Shown here one piece after another: positions 28,477 through 38,923 of a stretch of 64,000 bases of DNA; position 1 is the stretch's first letter, and every line of letters begins with the position of its first letter. A program made the translations under genes and the position numbers. The notes beneath the pieces were generated by a model. That model was not told the origin of the DNA. It did not search any database and saw only the letters and a list, made by a program, of their open reading frames with translations. This DNA comes from a virus: positions 32,001 to 96,000 of the IMG/VR virus record IMGVR_UViG_3300025151_004231, one strand, 5' to 3'.

Positions 28477-28968
28477 TTAAATTTCTACTGTGGTAGTAGG
28501 TTCTTCTATTTGAAGTAATCCAGAAGGGGGATTGTTATGTCCCATCATACTATCACTACTTCCAATAAATTCTTCTCGTTTCTCGTCCCAGTTTTTAAGG
28601 GCGTCTTTAATACTTGCTTCGGCTAATACACTACAATGCAATTTAATAGGGGGCAATTCTAATGCGGCGGCTATGTCTCTGTCTTTAATTTCTTGTGCTT
28701 CTTCGACTGTCTTTCCCATTAGCATTTCAACAAACATAGTTGAACTTGCTATTGCTGAACCACAGCCATAAGTTTTAAACTTTACATCGATGATCTTTTC
28801 ATTCTCATCTAGTTTGAGTTGCAATTTCATTACATCTCCACATGCAGGTGCCCCTGTCATTCCAGTTGCTACATCAGGATCGTTTGGATCAAATCTTCCT
28901 ACTGCATGTTTTTGAGGATTGTTAAGGACATCCTCGAACCTTTTTACTACTTTATCTGAATATGCCAT
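28477..28968 (-). CDS. iscU: Fe-S cluster scaffold IscU
   Basis: GAPACGDVM, FKTYGCGSAIAS, LPPIKLHC. Confidence 0.95.
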   Translation of the reverse strand: MAYSDKVVKRFEDVLNNPQKHAVGRFDPNDPDVATGMTGAPACGDVMKLQLKLDENEKIIDVKFKTYGCGSAIASSTMFVEMLMGKTVEEAQEIKDRDIAAALELPPIKLHCSVLAEASIKDALKNWDEKREEFIGSSDSMMGHNNPPSGLLQIEEPTTTVEI

Positions 28969-28974
28969 ACTACT

Positions 28975-29169
28975 TTAAAAATGTTTGCGAATTGTTTCTA
29001 TCTTCTCCTCTGCGTTTGCTATTGCTTCAATCTGTGATTCAACTGCTTGGACAACATCAGGATGCTCTCCGATACCAGCAGGGTTATTAATGTAAACTTC
29101 AATATTGGCTTTTGCCATTGCAATCTCGCCTTCAAGTTTTTTAATTAATGCTTCTAATAGATAATTCAT
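28975..29169 (-). CDS. hypothetical protein
   Basis: NPAGIGEHPD motif; RBS. Confidence 0.75.
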   Translation of the reverse strand: MNYLLEALIKKLEGEIAMAKANIEVYINNPAGIGEHPDVVQAVESQIEAIANAEEKIETIRKHF

Positions 29170-29240
29170 TGTTGTTTCCTTAGGGTTTATACATCAGTAT
29201 TTATCACGTAATTCATTGATTTGCAAGAAATTAATGATTC

Positions 29241-30125
29241 TCATTTGCCTATTGCATTACCATAGATATGTACATGGACTCTGCTTGTATAATAATAACC
29301 TCGTCTGATTGCTTCATCTGCAATACTTGCTTCAGTTTGTACTAAGCCTTCAAACGTTCCACCTACACCCATAATCCATACAGGATAATTACACCCTGCT
29401 TCTCTGAATAGTTTAGTGTTTTCTTCTACTTCACGCCAACTCTCGTCTGTGCCATTGACAACATACTTTAGTTGACCTACAGGACTAACTTCAGCATATC
29501 TACCTACTACTTCAGGTTTGATTGCTTTCTTAGATTGTTCACCTGCTGTTGACCATAGTTTAGGACTGATCGACCAATACCACTCTTTTTCATTCCAAGT
29601 ATATTCTCGTTTTATCCATTCAGCAAATTCATCTGTAATCGGCTTAGTCCCATTTGTTTCTACAGTTACATTTGAAGGTTGATTATTTCTGCGTTTAAAT
29701 TCTTCTATAACTTCAATCATGCCGGGCTGTGTGTTTTTCAACATCGGCTCGCCGCCTGTAAACACCATGTGTATTTCTTGTTGTGTTTGTGGGTGTATAA
29801 ACTTACCATGCGGTAGAAGTGCTGTAAGTTCGTCTACTGCTTCTGTCACAGTCTTATCTGTGATAAGATGTTTAAACTTCTTACTCCATGTGTATGAACT
29901 GTCACAACCTTTATCAAATACAGGAAGATCAAATACACTATCGATATTTGTAAGGTCAATCTTTTCATAAGGCAAGTCGTATGTACTAGGATCAGTTGGA
30001 TCCTTCTGACCAAAGCCATTACATTGTAAATTACATAAAAAGAAACGCATCCATAATGACGGGATGCCTACGTATTGACCTTCACCTTGTGCTGAAAAGA
30101 ATGTTTCACTATACTTTAGTGTCAT
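29241..30125 (-). CDS. queE: 7-carboxy-7-deazaguanine synthase (radical SAM)
   Basis: ETFFSAQGEG, CNLQC...GCDS, FTGGEP, VETNGT, SISPK. Confidence 0.88.
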   Translation of the reverse strand: MTLKYSETFFSAQGEGQYVGIPSLWMRFFLCNLQCNGFGQKDPTDPSTYDLPYEKIDLTNIDSVFDLPVFDKGCDSSYTWSKKFKHLITDKTVTEAVDELTALLPHGKFIHPQTQQEIHMVFTGGEPMLKNTQPGMIEVIEEFKRRNNQPSNVTVETNGTKPITDEFAEWIKREYTWNEKEWYWSISPKLWSTAGEQSKKAIKPEVVGRYAEVSPVGQLKYVVNGTDESWREVEENTKLFREAGCNYPVWIMGVGGTFEGLVQTEASIADEAIRRGYYYTSRVHVHIYGNAIGK

Positions 30126-30273
30126 CTACGTCCTCAATAGGGTTATCATAATAGTCATGTGTACCTGCTCTATACCTTGCTTTCTTTTCTGATACCATTA
30201 CACTACTCATGTAGGCAAAGTAGCCTGCAATTACTGTAACTAAAAGTGCAATCATAAAATTTAGTATTTCCAT
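30109..30273 (-). CDS. small membrane protein (54 aa, not in the ORF track)
   Basis: MEILNFMIALLVTVIAGYFAYMSS...; promoter TTGACT-17-TATAAT ends 6 nt upstream. Confidence 0.65.
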   Translation of the reverse strand: MEILNFMIALLVTVIAGYFAYMSSVMVSEKKARYRAGTHDYYDNPIEDVDDTKV

Positions 30274-30310
30274 TATCATATTATATCACCTATTGATAGT
30301 AAAGTCAACA

Positions 30311-30868
30311 CTAATCTAACCACCAACTTTCCCAGGGAAAGTCTAGCCAAAGATCGGGTGTTTCTAATCGATTAATCGATTCATATTGATAGTCAACTCC
30401 ATCGAATTGACTTGCTTCATTGTTTACGAGTACAGCAAACTTAATGTTTTGCTTCCAAACAACGTCCCATGTATTTCTTTCTTGAGGAAAACAAGATTGT
30501 TCCCAATCTTCTTTGATCCAATTAAGAGTTGCACCAGAATCATTGATGTCTTCTACAATGAGAATATTTTTACGTTTAGTTGCGTCCCATCTGTTTTTAA
30601 ATACTGGAACATCATCTGGATTGACTACGCCAAATGCTTCACAAGGCATCCATAGATTACTCTCTGGTCCTCCTTGAACATTATCACGTAATGATATGTC
30701 TAAAGTATGCATGGGAACTTTAAGATAATGTGATATCATCTTAGCAGGCAGTAAACCACCTCTTGTTATTCCAACTACGTAGTCAGGTCTAAAATTATCT
30801 AAGTGCATCTGCCTTAGGATTTCTTGTACGGCGTTCTTTACGTCACCGATACTAAGCCGTTTGTTCAT
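30311..30868 (-). CDS. type I phosphoribosyltransferase (purine PRT-like)
   Basis: VGITRGGLLPA, ILIVEDINDSGATL, FPWE. Confidence 0.88.
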   Translation of the reverse strand: MNKRLSIGDVKNAVQEILRQMHLDNFRPDYVVGITRGGLLPAKMISHYLKVPMHTLDISLRDNVQGGPESNLWMPCEAFGVVNPDDVPVFKNRWDATKRKNILIVEDINDSGATLNWIKEDWEQSCFPQERNTWDVVWKQNIKFAVLVNNEASQFDGVDYQYESINRLETPDLWLDFPWESWWLD

Positions 30869-31022
30869 TTGCTTCCTTTATAACGCCATTGGTCCAATTT
30901 TTAGCACAGTCTTCTGCATAAAACTTTGACTTGCCAGGAAGGTACCTTCTTTCCTTTACTACGCCATCTTCGATAAGTTCAACTACGTAAACTTCTTCAG
31001 TGACTACTTTTGATTCTCTCAT
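30852..31022 (-). CDS. small hypothetical protein
   Basis: GGGAG RBS; KSKFYAEDCAKNW. Confidence 0.65.
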   Translation of the reverse strand: MRESKVVTEEVYVVELIEDGVVKERRYLPGKSKFYAEDCAKNWTNGVIKEANEQTA

Positions 31023-31204
31023 ATTTTCTCCCTTATTACTGGTCTTTGACAAGGCTCTAGTTCGCCTGCCAATGTTTCATGTGGTATATAATCAGTATCA
31101 GCAATAATCTGCTTTAACTTTTTATTAAATTTGCTACCATCATTTAAGAGTTCGTTACTATAAGGAACCTCTACTGTGATTGTTGCTCTTATTAATTTAT
31201 CCAC
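31019..31204 (-). CDS. small hypothetical protein
   Basis: ORF filling the gap in the operon. Confidence 0.45.
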   Translation of the reverse strand: MDKLIRATITVEVPYSNELLNDGSKFNKKLKQIIADTDYIPHETLAGELEPCQRPVIREKI

Positions 31205-31550
31205 TAATCTTTTTGTTAATTGCTTTTAGAATCTTATCTGCGTGTTTGTTACCGTCAAGTTCTTTTTCATCTACATGACCATCACCGTCTACGTCATAAT
31301 TGACTTTAGCCCAGTTACCATACGCAATAGTTATACATCTTTCACGTTCGGCTTGATCTTTCTCAAATGAATAATCACTGATAAGTTGTTGCATTTTATG
31401 TGCAACTACTTCATCCTTTTTACAAATCTTCAATAATTCATCAAAAGGAAAAGTATCTAAAGTTAATTTTTTAGATTTTTTAGCAACAGTTTTTTTAGCA
31501 ACCGGCTTTTTAGCAGGTGCTTTCTTTTTTGTTGTTTTTTTCTCTGCCAT
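31197..31550 (-). CDS. protein with Lys-rich tail and EF-hand-like loop
   Basis: KKKAPAKKPVAKK; DVDGDGHVDEKE. Confidence 0.65.
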   Translation of the reverse strand: MAEKKTTKKKAPAKKPVAKKTVAKKSKKLTLDTFPFDELLKICKKDEVVAHKMQQLISDYSFEKDQAERERCITIAYGNWAKVNYDVDGDGHVDEKELDGNKHADKILKAINKKISG

Positions 31551-31585
31551 TTTTCTTCTCCTATAATATGCTACTATTATATTTA

Positions 31586-31729
31586 TTAGTTAAAAAGCAA
31601 GGCCATCAAAATTAAAAAGAATGATAAGCCTATTATAATAACTGAAAATTTAAATACTGCTTCAAGTATCTCTGGAAAGAACTTGATAACAAGATATGCT
31701 ATAGTAAAAAAGCCTATAATTTCTAACAT
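31586..31729 (-). CDS. small membrane protein (47 aa)
   Basis: MLEIIGFFTIAYLVIKFFP...; TAATG coupling. Confidence 0.55.
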   Translation of the reverse strand: MLEIIGFFTIAYLVIKFFPEILEAVFKFSVIIIGLSFFLILMALLFN

Positions 31730-31983
31730 TATAAACCTAAAATACCTATCGCACTAGACAATCCTGCATTATGCAGTTCAATATAATCGTCTAAATCTTT
31801 TAAAATTCTTTGTGTATCATCAATACCTTGATCTGTCAATCGTTCTATAAGGCGCTCTCTGGAGATCTGAGGGTGTGTTCTTAAGATATCTTCAAATACA
31901 TCTGCTTTGTTTGAACTCTGACAGATAGATACAAGTCTATCTCTGGGTATAGTAGCAAATGACATTGTTTGTCCTATTGCCAT
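31729..31983 (-). CDS. hypothetical protein
   Basis: ORF in operon. Confidence 0.6.
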   Translation of the reverse strand: MAIGQTMSFATIPRDRLVSICQSSNKADVFEDILRTHPQISRERLIERLTDQGIDDTQRILKDLDDYIELHNAGLSSAIGILGL

Positions 31984-31984
31984 A

Positions 31985-32068
31985 TTAAAACCTCGGCCTG
32001 TTATTATTGTTAATCCAATACATTATTGCTAATATTAGAATTGCAAGTAATGTTGTAGTCAAATCCAT
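31985..32068 (-). CDS. 27-aa hydrophobic peptide
   Basis: MDLTTTLLAILILAIMYWINNNNRPRF; coupled to the queD stop. Confidence 0.5.
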   Translation of the reverse strand: MDLTTTLLAILILAIMYWINNNNRPRF

Positions 32069-32601
32069 TATTGTCTCTCATAAATTGCTGAGTTAGCATC
32101 ATGCTCAAATACTTCAACACTTTTAACTCTTACTGTATTGTTAAGGGCTTTACCTTGATATTTTTGTCTTTCGATAATAATAGTCATTTGTCTGAATACT
32201 TCTTCTGCAAACTTTTCTGACCCTACGTTGTCGAATACTTTAACTTTTGCTAGACCTTTCTTTTCTAATTGTCTAAACTGTCCAATCTCAGGATCATCTT
32301 TTGCTACAACAATCGTGTGATCAAAGTGATCTTCTAGCCAATTCTTTAATTCTTTGAGTCCACCAAAGTCCATAACCCAGTTACGTTCATCAAGTGAATC
32401 ACATTCAAACACAAGTTTGAATCCTAGTGAATAACCATGCAACAAAGAACAATGTGAATGTGTCGCACGCCATTGTCTAAAACAACAAGAGAATCCTCTG
32501 TCGTTTCCATATGTCTTAGTTGACAGATATTTCCCTTTGCCGAAATCAAGTTCAGGCATTTTTACTTTTTTTGATTTTTTTAAAAACTTTGGTAACTTCA
32601 T
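32068..32601 (-). CDS. queD: 6-carboxy-tetrahydropterin synthase
   Basis: HCSLLHGY, WVMDFGGLK, FDHT, VEVFEH..NSA. Confidence 0.88.
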   Translation of the reverse strand: MKLPKFLKKSKKVKMPELDFGKGKYLSTKTYGNDRGFSCCFRQWRATHSHCSLLHGYSLGFKLVFECDSLDERNWVMDFGGLKELKNWLEDHFDHTIVVAKDDPEIGQFRQLEKKGLAKVKVFDNVGSEKFAEEVFRQMTIIIERQKYQGKALNNTVRVKSVEVFEHDANSAIYERQ

Positions 32602-33053
32602 TTTTCTCCCTCTGCTACTCGTTTGCGTAATGACGAGGAACTAAAACTATGATCTCTGCCATTATATATTACTTTAATATCTCTAGCATTACAAATGTCT
32701 TTGCCAGAAAACTCTTGTTCTTGGTATTCAACTCCGATGATTCTTACATCAAGTGGTAAGACTAAAAGCAAATCTTTTAAGTCTTGTTCAGTCTGATAGA
32801 TAACAATCTCATCTACATACCTAGTTGCCGCTAATTGAATCTGACGTTCTACGATAGATTGTATAGGCGGATTCTTTTGTTCAGGACGATCTATGGTTGG
32901 ATCAGTCTGTAATCCTGCAATCAAATAGTCGCAATGATTTTTTGCTTCTGACAACATTGCAATGTGACCAGCATGTAGTAAATCAAATGTACTAAACGTA
33001 ATGCCGATAGTCTTGCCTTCATCTTTAAGTTGTCTGATTTTATTAAATATCAC
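32598..33053 (-). CDS. TagD-like cytidylyltransferase
   Basis: STFDLLHAGH, RDHSFSSS. Confidence 0.88.
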   Translation of the reverse strand: MIFNKIRQLKDEGKTIGITFSTFDLLHAGHIAMLSEAKNHCDYLIAGLQTDPTIDRPEQKNPPIQSIVERQIQLAATRYVDEIVIYQTEQDLKDLLLVLPLDVRIIGVEYQEQEFSGKDICNARDIKVIYNGRDHSFSSSSLRKRVAEGEK

Positions 33054-33286
33054 TTTTTTAAAATCTCCATCATTAGTTCTTGTTCTTTATCCTTAAGCCA
33101 GTCTTCTTCCCCAACAAAGTCAGGTGCATCTGCAATAACTTTGTCTAAAAAGAACTTAAGTAGATATAAGTCTTGTTTAATACCCCATGAAACATATCCA
33201 TCATTATAAGGTGAAGTCATTTCGATATTCATCTTACGGATCTTGGACATGATATCATCTATATCAGGAAGTCGTGGACCTGCCAT
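33050..33286 (-). CDS. hypothetical protein (paralog of 46954..47175)
   Basis: EM.S.YNDGY....K..L..K...D..IA.AP pattern. Confidence 0.7.
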   Translation of the reverse strand: MAGPRLPDIDDIMSKIRKMNIEMTSPYNDGYVSWGIKQDLYLLKFFLDKVIADAPDFVGEEDWLKDKEQELMMEILKK

Positions 33287-33287
33287 A

Positions 33288-33959
33288 TTACTGCCTTGCT
33301 AGTGCTAAAAACTCTGCTCTGACTTCCGGGTCTGATTTGAAACCGCCACCTAGTCTGCTTGTAATTGTTGAACTGCCTGTATCTTCAACGCCTCTTGATT
33401 TAACACAATAATGTTGTGCATCAATCATTACTGCTACGTCTTCTGTTTCCAAAATGAAAGATAGTGCATGATAAACTTGCTCAGTTAAACGTTCTTGTAT
33501 CTGAGGTCTTTTTGCAAAGTATTCAACGATACGATTAATCTTTGATAGACCTAATACTTTTTCATTAGGTACATATGCAACAGTTGCTAAACCATCGATA
33601 ACAACAAAGTGATGTTCACAGTTAGATTGTACAGAAATGTTCTTTTCTACAACCATTTCATTATAATTCATTTTGTTTTCAACAACAGTTGCTTTAGGGA
33701 ATGCATCATAATCAAGTCCCCAAAAGATTTCGTTTACATACATTTTTGCAACACGTTTAGGAGTATCTATAAGACTATCATCTGATAGATCAAGTCCTAA
33801 AGTATTCATAATGTGATTGAAGTGTTCTTCTATCTTGTCGATTTTTTCTGTACGAGAAAGACCATTATCAGTTACTGGAGTTTCAACTCCCATTTTGACT
33901 AAGTGATCGTGTACTTGTTGCCCTAGAACAGGGTCTGTTTTTGTTTTGTTATAAGACAT
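33288..33959 (-). CDS. folE: GTP cyclohydrolase I
   Basis: [38 protein letters not shown]. Confidence 0.96.
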   Translation of the reverse strand: MSYNKTKTDPVLGQQVHDHLVKMGVETPVTDNGLSRTEKIDKIEEHFNHIMNTLGLDLSDDSLIDTPKRVAKMYVNEIFWGLDYDAFPKATVVENKMNYNEMVVEKNISVQSNCEHHFVVIDGLATVAYVPNEKVLGLSKINRIVEYFAKRPQIQERLTEQVYHALSFILETEDVAVMIDAQHYCVKSRGVEDTGSSTITSRLGGGFKSDPEVRAEFLALARQ

Positions 33960-34031
33960 TTGCCTTTTCTCCTTCCTAACGCGGATATAGTTATTTTAAA
34001 TTGTGTCGTAACCTTTGTGTTACAAATGTAT

Positions 34032-34991
34032 TTATACATTATATGATGATAAGTTATATTTTTCAAGTAGAAAGGGTAACACGACTTTTGCTACAAAGTC
34101 TTTGTGTTGCTCAGTACTTGGATGAGGATCTCTAGGTAGACCAGTGTCTGGATTCATATCTCTGTGTTTAAATTCACTTACATTTGTTACCCAGTCCTGT
34201 AAATGTTTTATTGGCAACCAATAATTTTTATCTATCTCGTTGTAAAGATAATTAATTTCTGGATTATTTAAATATGCAAAATGTTTTTCTTGTGTATACT
34301 TGTCTGGGTCTATTATACATTCTGTTTGTTTAGAGTAATGTTCACTTTCAGGGTGAGGACCCATATACGTAAAAACATCATGGTCATATTCTGTCATAAA
34401 ATATCTGATACCTTTGTCTTTAAGGAACCATTGAGTTCTTAAAATGTGTTCGCATGTTTCTATAATTGCTTTCTCAGGGTTAACAAAACTTTCAAAATAT
34501 TTTACAGTCGTTTCATCTGAGAAATGCGGGTTTAATATGTAATGACTGGGTACACGTGGTTGTCTTATTGAAAGGGGATTTGAAGCCCAGTCTCTTTCAG
34601 TTCTGTCTGTGATATCTGCGAATATCGGCTCATCGTCTGTATGACCATTAATTTCATGTAAGAATTCATTATAATTCTGTGATCTACCTATTACAGTAGT
34701 TCTCATAAAATTGCGTTGATATTTTTCAGAATAGTGTGATTGTCTGTCACAACCAGACCACATAATTCCTACTAACATCTGATCAGGTAACACACCCTGT
34801 TCTAATGCCGATAGTACAGTAGATATTACTTTGCGTGATATAATTGAATTACCAGAGGCACCATGACCTCGATGTGCTACATATCTTAAAGATTTTATTT
34901 GGTGTTGTAACTCTAACGGCCATGTGATATCTTTATTTGCGGGCTGTGAATAAGAACACCCTGCTGTAATTAAATGCGTTGGAGATTTCAA
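34032..34991 (-). CDS. SGNH/GDSL-like protein
   Basis: AGCSYS, GASGN, DPHPS. Confidence 0.6.
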   Translation of the reverse strand: MKSPTHLITAGCSYSQPANKDITWPLELQHQIKSLRYVAHRGHGASGNSIISRKVISTVLSALEQGVLPDQMLVGIMWSGCDRQSHYSEKYQRNFMRTTVIGRSQNYNEFLHEINGHTDDEPIFADITDRTERDWASNPLSIRQPRVPSHYILNPHFSDETTVKYFESFVNPEKAIIETCEHILRTQWFLKDKGIRYFMTEYDHDVFTYMGPHPESEHYSKQTECIIDPDKYTQEKHFAYLNNPEINYLYNEIDKNYWLPIKHLQDWVTNVSEFKHRDMNPDTGLPRDPHPSTEQHKDFVAKVVLPFLLEKYNLSSYNV

Positions 34992-36088
34992 TTGTTTTCA
35001 AATACTTTGTTATATTGATTATTTACTCTAACAAAGGTAGTACACTTACTCAAGTCTTTAAGTTTACGTGCTCCTGCGTAAGTACAGGCGCTTCTAATGC
35101 CCCCTAAGATGTCTTGCACTGTGTTAGCAACTTCGCCCTTATAAGGAATCGATACTGTTCGACCCTCTGAACTACGATAATCTTTTAGTCCACCAAAGTG
35201 TTTCTTGTTTGCTGTATCACTGCTCATGCCATAAAATTGAACAAATTGTTTTTGGACCTTTTTACCAATGCCTGCACTTGTTGCTGGTGCTTGTTCATTA
35301 GTGATGTAAGTTTTCTCTATGATTTCTCCGCCACCTTCGTCATGTCCTGCTAACATACCACCTAGCATAACAAAGTCAGCACCTCCACCAAATGCTTTTG
35401 CTACATCGCCAGAACTACTACAACCCCCATCAGCAATGATGTGTCCACCAAGACCATGAGCGGCGTCAGCACACTCCATGATTGCGGATAACTGCGGGTA
35501 CCCAACTCCTGTCTTAATGCGAGTAGTGCAAACACTACCAGGCCCAATCCCCACTTTAACGATATCGGCTCCACTTAATATTAACTCCTCTGTCATTTCG
35601 CCTGTTACTACATTACCTGCAATGATAACTAGTGATGGATGCTTTTCTCTAATCTGTTTGACTACTCCTGCGAAACGTTCTGAATAACCATTAGCAACAT
35701 CTATACAGAGATATTTGATACCTCTAATTTTCATTACTCTGTCTAGTTTTTCGATATCATCGTCAGTAATGCCGATACTCATGGCAACATGTTCTCGTCT
35801 TGTGCCATTTGTTTCTAAAAAGAATTGTGTTAGTTGTTCTACACTGTAAGTTTTAACTAGACATGTAAACAACCCTAGATCAGCAAGTTTGTCTGCCATT
35901 TCAAAAGTACCAACACCATCCATATTAGATGCCATAATCGGTACTCCTTTATAACCCGAGTTTGAATCGGTATTCCTAAAGTTATACTCTCGTTCTAATT
36001 GTACTTGTTTACGTGATCCTAGTGTTGATCTTTTTGGTTTAATTAATACATCTGAAAAGTCTAACTTAATCTCAGATTCAATTCGCAT
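34988..36088 (-). CDS. guaC: GMP reductase
   Basis: [39 protein letters not shown]. Confidence 0.95.
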   Translation of the reverse strand: MRIESEIKLDFSDVLIKPKRSTLGSRKQVQLEREYNFRNTDSNSGYKGVPIMASNMDGVGTFEMADKLADLGLFTCLVKTYSVEQLTQFFLETNGTRREHVAMSIGITDDDIEKLDRVMKIRGIKYLCIDVANGYSERFAGVVKQIREKHPSLVIIAGNVVTGEMTEELILSGADIVKVGIGPGSVCTTRIKTGVGYPQLSAIMECADAAHGLGGHIIADGGCSSSGDVAKAFGGGADFVMLGGMLAGHDEGGGEIIEKTYITNEQAPATSAGIGKKVQKQFVQFYGMSSDTANKKHFGGLKDYRSSEGRTVSIPYKGEVANTVQDILGGIRSACTYAGARKLKDLSKCTTFVRVNNQYNKVFENN

Positions 36089-37275
36089 TAGAATTTACTC
36101 ACTCTTGTCTGTTGTCGATAATCTATACTATCTCTACGCCACTCTTCTCCATCACCTTGCATGATGTCGATACAACGATCAATAGTGCCATTAGTCCAAT
36201 CACTAATCTTGCCTTGATTTTGATGTTGAATGCCCAATAGAGGATGCATCTTATCAATTACATCTTCAATTGACCACGGAATGTAAAGTCTATCTTTGTC
36301 GTTAGCAAACGTTTCAGGGAAACTTCTGTACGCAGGGAATAGAACATTACAACCTAGTGCGTCACCTTCTGAGACTGTATTACTAACCCAGTCTTGTAAA
36401 GCACAATTGAAGACGACCCTAGTATCATTAAGAATACGATAATAATCATTTTTAGATAAGTTTTCATGGATAACTAGTTTCTTTTGTTTTTGCAATTTCT
36501 TTGTACGTTTCATGTACGAGTCATTATTGCTTCTTAACTCTCCACCTGATAGTAGACAGAACTCAATGCCATGCTTTTTACCATATCTAGCATACCATTC
36601 TTCGATAAGATCCATATAAAAGTCAGGTTGTTTCTCTTGGTCCCAACGAGCAGTAAACGCCACTCGCATTTTACGTTCTTCAAACGGCTTAAATTCTTCT
36701 AGTTCTAGTAAACGTCTACGTACTTCTTCTTTGCCAAACGCAAGACCTGAGATATTATAGATGGGAGCAGTCCAACCTGCAATCTTCATGTGTGCAACCA
36801 TTTCTTCGTTAGTTGCCAAGACACCTGTTACAAATTCATTGACCATCTTTTCATACAGACCCATCCACTTCTCCATGCCCCAGACATGTACGAAATCATC
36901 TGGATCAACAGACTGTGCTAAACATCTTACAAAGACTTTGGGTCTGTGTTCTTCTGAAACTTGATTCATTATATAAGGGAGTGATTCGATACCTGGCTGA
37001 AACATATCTTCAAAGAAGATACAGTCTTCACTTGTTACTTCACCTTCTTTCATCAGTTTAACTAATGACATCATTTGCGACATACCAAAGTATGAACGAC
37101 CATGTGCATCTAATACTTGACCTGTTACAATAGATTGATCAGTTGTTAATAGTTCACCTGGAACCACTACATAGTCAAGTCCACGTTTGTTAAATGCTTC
37201 AGTATTCCATTGTTGCAGTTGTAATGTGTATCTTGCTTCGTAGGGTTCTAAGCCCATGTAATATAGTTTACGCAT
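36088..37275 (-). CDS. GT-B glycosyltransferase
   Basis: [27 protein letters not shown]. Confidence 0.75.
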   Translation of the reverse strand: MRKLYYMGLEPYEARYTLQLQQWNTEAFNKRGLDYVVVPGELLTTDQSIVTGQVLDAHGRSYFGMSQMMSLVKLMKEGEVTSEDCIFFEDMFQPGIESLPYIMNQVSEEHRPKVFVRCLAQSVDPDDFVHVWGMEKWMGLYEKMVNEFVTGVLATNEEMVAHMKIAGWTAPIYNISGLAFGKEEVRRRLLELEEFKPFEERKMRVAFTARWDQEKQPDFYMDLIEEWYARYGKKHGIEFCLLSGGELRSNNDSYMKRTKKLQKQKKLVIHENLSKNDYYRILNDTRVVFNCALQDWVSNTVSEGDALGCNVLFPAYRSFPETFANDKDRLYIPWSIEDVIDKMHPLLGIQHQNQGKISDWTNGTIDRCIDIMQGDGEEWRRDSIDYRQQTRVSKF

Positions 37276-37284
37276 AATTACCTC

Positions 37285-38328
37285 TTATGTCTTTGGTCTA
37301 AATACTCGTTCAATGTCTTCTTCAATACAATTGTCTCCGTATTGAACTTCACATATTGTCAATGGCTCACTTTCGTTGTTTACTAGTCTATGCCATTCCA
37401 TGACAGGGATCCAAGTTGATTGATGTTTACCAAACTTACCAACTAAGATATCACCGATATCACGTTTAGGATCATTCGGATATGCTACTGTATAAACTGT
37501 AGCAACACCACTAGCAACAAACCAAAACTCTGATCGACCTTGATGTCTTTGCATACTCAACGATTGACCTGGATCAACAGTTAGTTCTTTAACTTTGACT
37601 TCTCTGCCAAACTCATGCAATACACGATAGTAACCCCAATCACGTTCAGTACGAGGAGCCGCCCATTCGCCTAAAAGACTAGAACTAGATTGAGTTTTAT
37701 CTCCACCTACTCCAAATGAAAACGATACATTTGCATCAGGATAGTTCATTTCTTTAATGTTAGCACTAGTTCTATCTCCACCATTAGCAAATATTATATG
37801 CTCATCCGGGAACATATGTCTAGTAATATGGATAGCATTCATGCTGGAATCATCTGAATCATCAAATGTGATTACTTGATCTACATTACGCAATGCCAAT
37901 AACAATCGCACTCGTTCTTCAACAGGCATAAAACACTTGCCTTTCTTACGAATAAGCCAATCATCACTGTTGACACCAACTACTACTTTAGCACCATGCC
38001 ATGATCCCTCACGACCTAATTCTTTAGCGGCATCAATATAGTCTAAGTGACCTGAATGTATAGGATCAAATCCACCTGTGACTAAGACAACTGTGCCATT
38101 TTCTCTTGTAGGAGTCTTTGGCATTTCTATCTTTTGCAAGACGGGTTTTTGTTCGACTGCTTTTTCAACAGTTTTCTTCGTTGCGACTGGTGCTTTCTTT
38201 TTGACTGTCTTTGTAGGTGCTTTTTTAGTTGCCGGCTTTTTAGCAGGCGCCTTTTTTGCTACAGTTTTTTTAGCAGTCATTTTCTTGCTACCTTTTGTAG
38301 TGTCGTCTTTTTTGGTATTTTTGGCCAT
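37285..38328 (-). CDS. nucleotidyltransferase plus mannose-6-phosphate isomerase-type cupin, with Lys-rich N-terminal tail
   Basis: TGGFDPIHSGH, FANGGDR, WGYY, SMQRH..RSEFW, EVQYG..EEDIER. Confidence 0.85.
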   Translation of the reverse strand: MAKNTKKDDTTKGSKKMTAKKTVAKKAPAKKPATKKAPTKTVKKKAPVATKKTVEKAVEQKPVLQKIEMPKTPTRENGTVVLVTGGFDPIHSGHLDYIDAAKELGREGSWHGAKVVVGVNSDDWLIRKKGKCFMPVEERVRLLLALRNVDQVITFDDSDDSSMNAIHITRHMFPDEHIIFANGGDRTSANIKEMNYPDANVSFSFGVGGDKTQSSSSLLGEWAAPRTERDWGYYRVLHEFGREVKVKELTVDPGQSLSMQRHQGRSEFWFVASGVATVYTVAYPNDPKRDIGDILVGKFGKHQSTWIPVMEWHRLVNNESEPLTICEVQYGDNCIEEDIERVFRPKT

Positions 38329-38506
38329 CTATCTCCCACATGTTCCTGACGGGTTTCCCTGCCAGATATCGTTGACTGTACAGTCGCCAAATGCGACTGC
38401 TCTTGTTGTAAAGACATTCGGGCTTAACCTTATACCCATATTCTTTACAGAAGGCTGTGTAAGCCTCAAGGTCCTCAAAAACTTTAATAGTTTTAGGGTT
38501 TGCCAT
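38288..38506 (-). CDS. hypothetical protein
   Basis: VFEDLEAY..FC..YG; AAGGA RBS. Confidence 0.7.
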   Translation of the reverse strand: MANPKTIKVFEDLEAYTAFCKEYGYKVKPECLYNKSSRIWRLYSQRYLAGKPVRNMWEIDGQKYQKRRHYKR

Positions 38507-38548
38507 TGTAATATTCCTTGTATTCTCATATTACTATTTAAGTTAATA

Positions 38549-38923
38549 TCAGTCATTATACTGATACTCCATTTCGCAACCGTTTTCATTATCTTCGGCT
38601 ACCGAAATTCTGATGTAACGACCTGGATACTGATAATTTATTTCAGTAGCCAATTCGTCTGCAATCATTTCACAAGATTTGTGATCTAGTTGAACGACAT
38701 CGTTGCTGTACAATCGTTCTAACCAACGTTTAAACTGTATGAATTCGATATCTCTATCATCGTGGTAGACTTCGATCCATACTTTAAAATGAAAAATATG
38801 TCTATGTGGATAACCCAAGAATGATACATCGTCCCAGTCACCTGTTGCTAACTTAGGATCAGTATCCGCACCCGGATACTTGTGTATACCTTCTTTTGTA
38901 AATGTTACCCAAATAGTTCTCAT
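38549..38923 (-). CDS. QueD-like T-fold protein (DpdL-like)
   Basis: LGYPHRHIF (LxxxHRHxF), RDIEFIQFK, SCEMIA, VAEDNENG. Confidence 0.65.
   Translation of the reverse strand: MRTIWVTFTKEGIHKYPGADTDPKLATGDWDDVSFLGYPHRHIFHFKVWIEVYHDDRDIEFIQFKRWLERLYSNDVVQLDHKSCEMIADELATEINYQYPGRYIRISVAEDNENGCEMEYQYND

Noticed and set aside
34988-36088. IMP dehydrogenase
   Set aside because: [15 protein letters not shown] and YRSSEG fit GuaC type 1; no CBS domains
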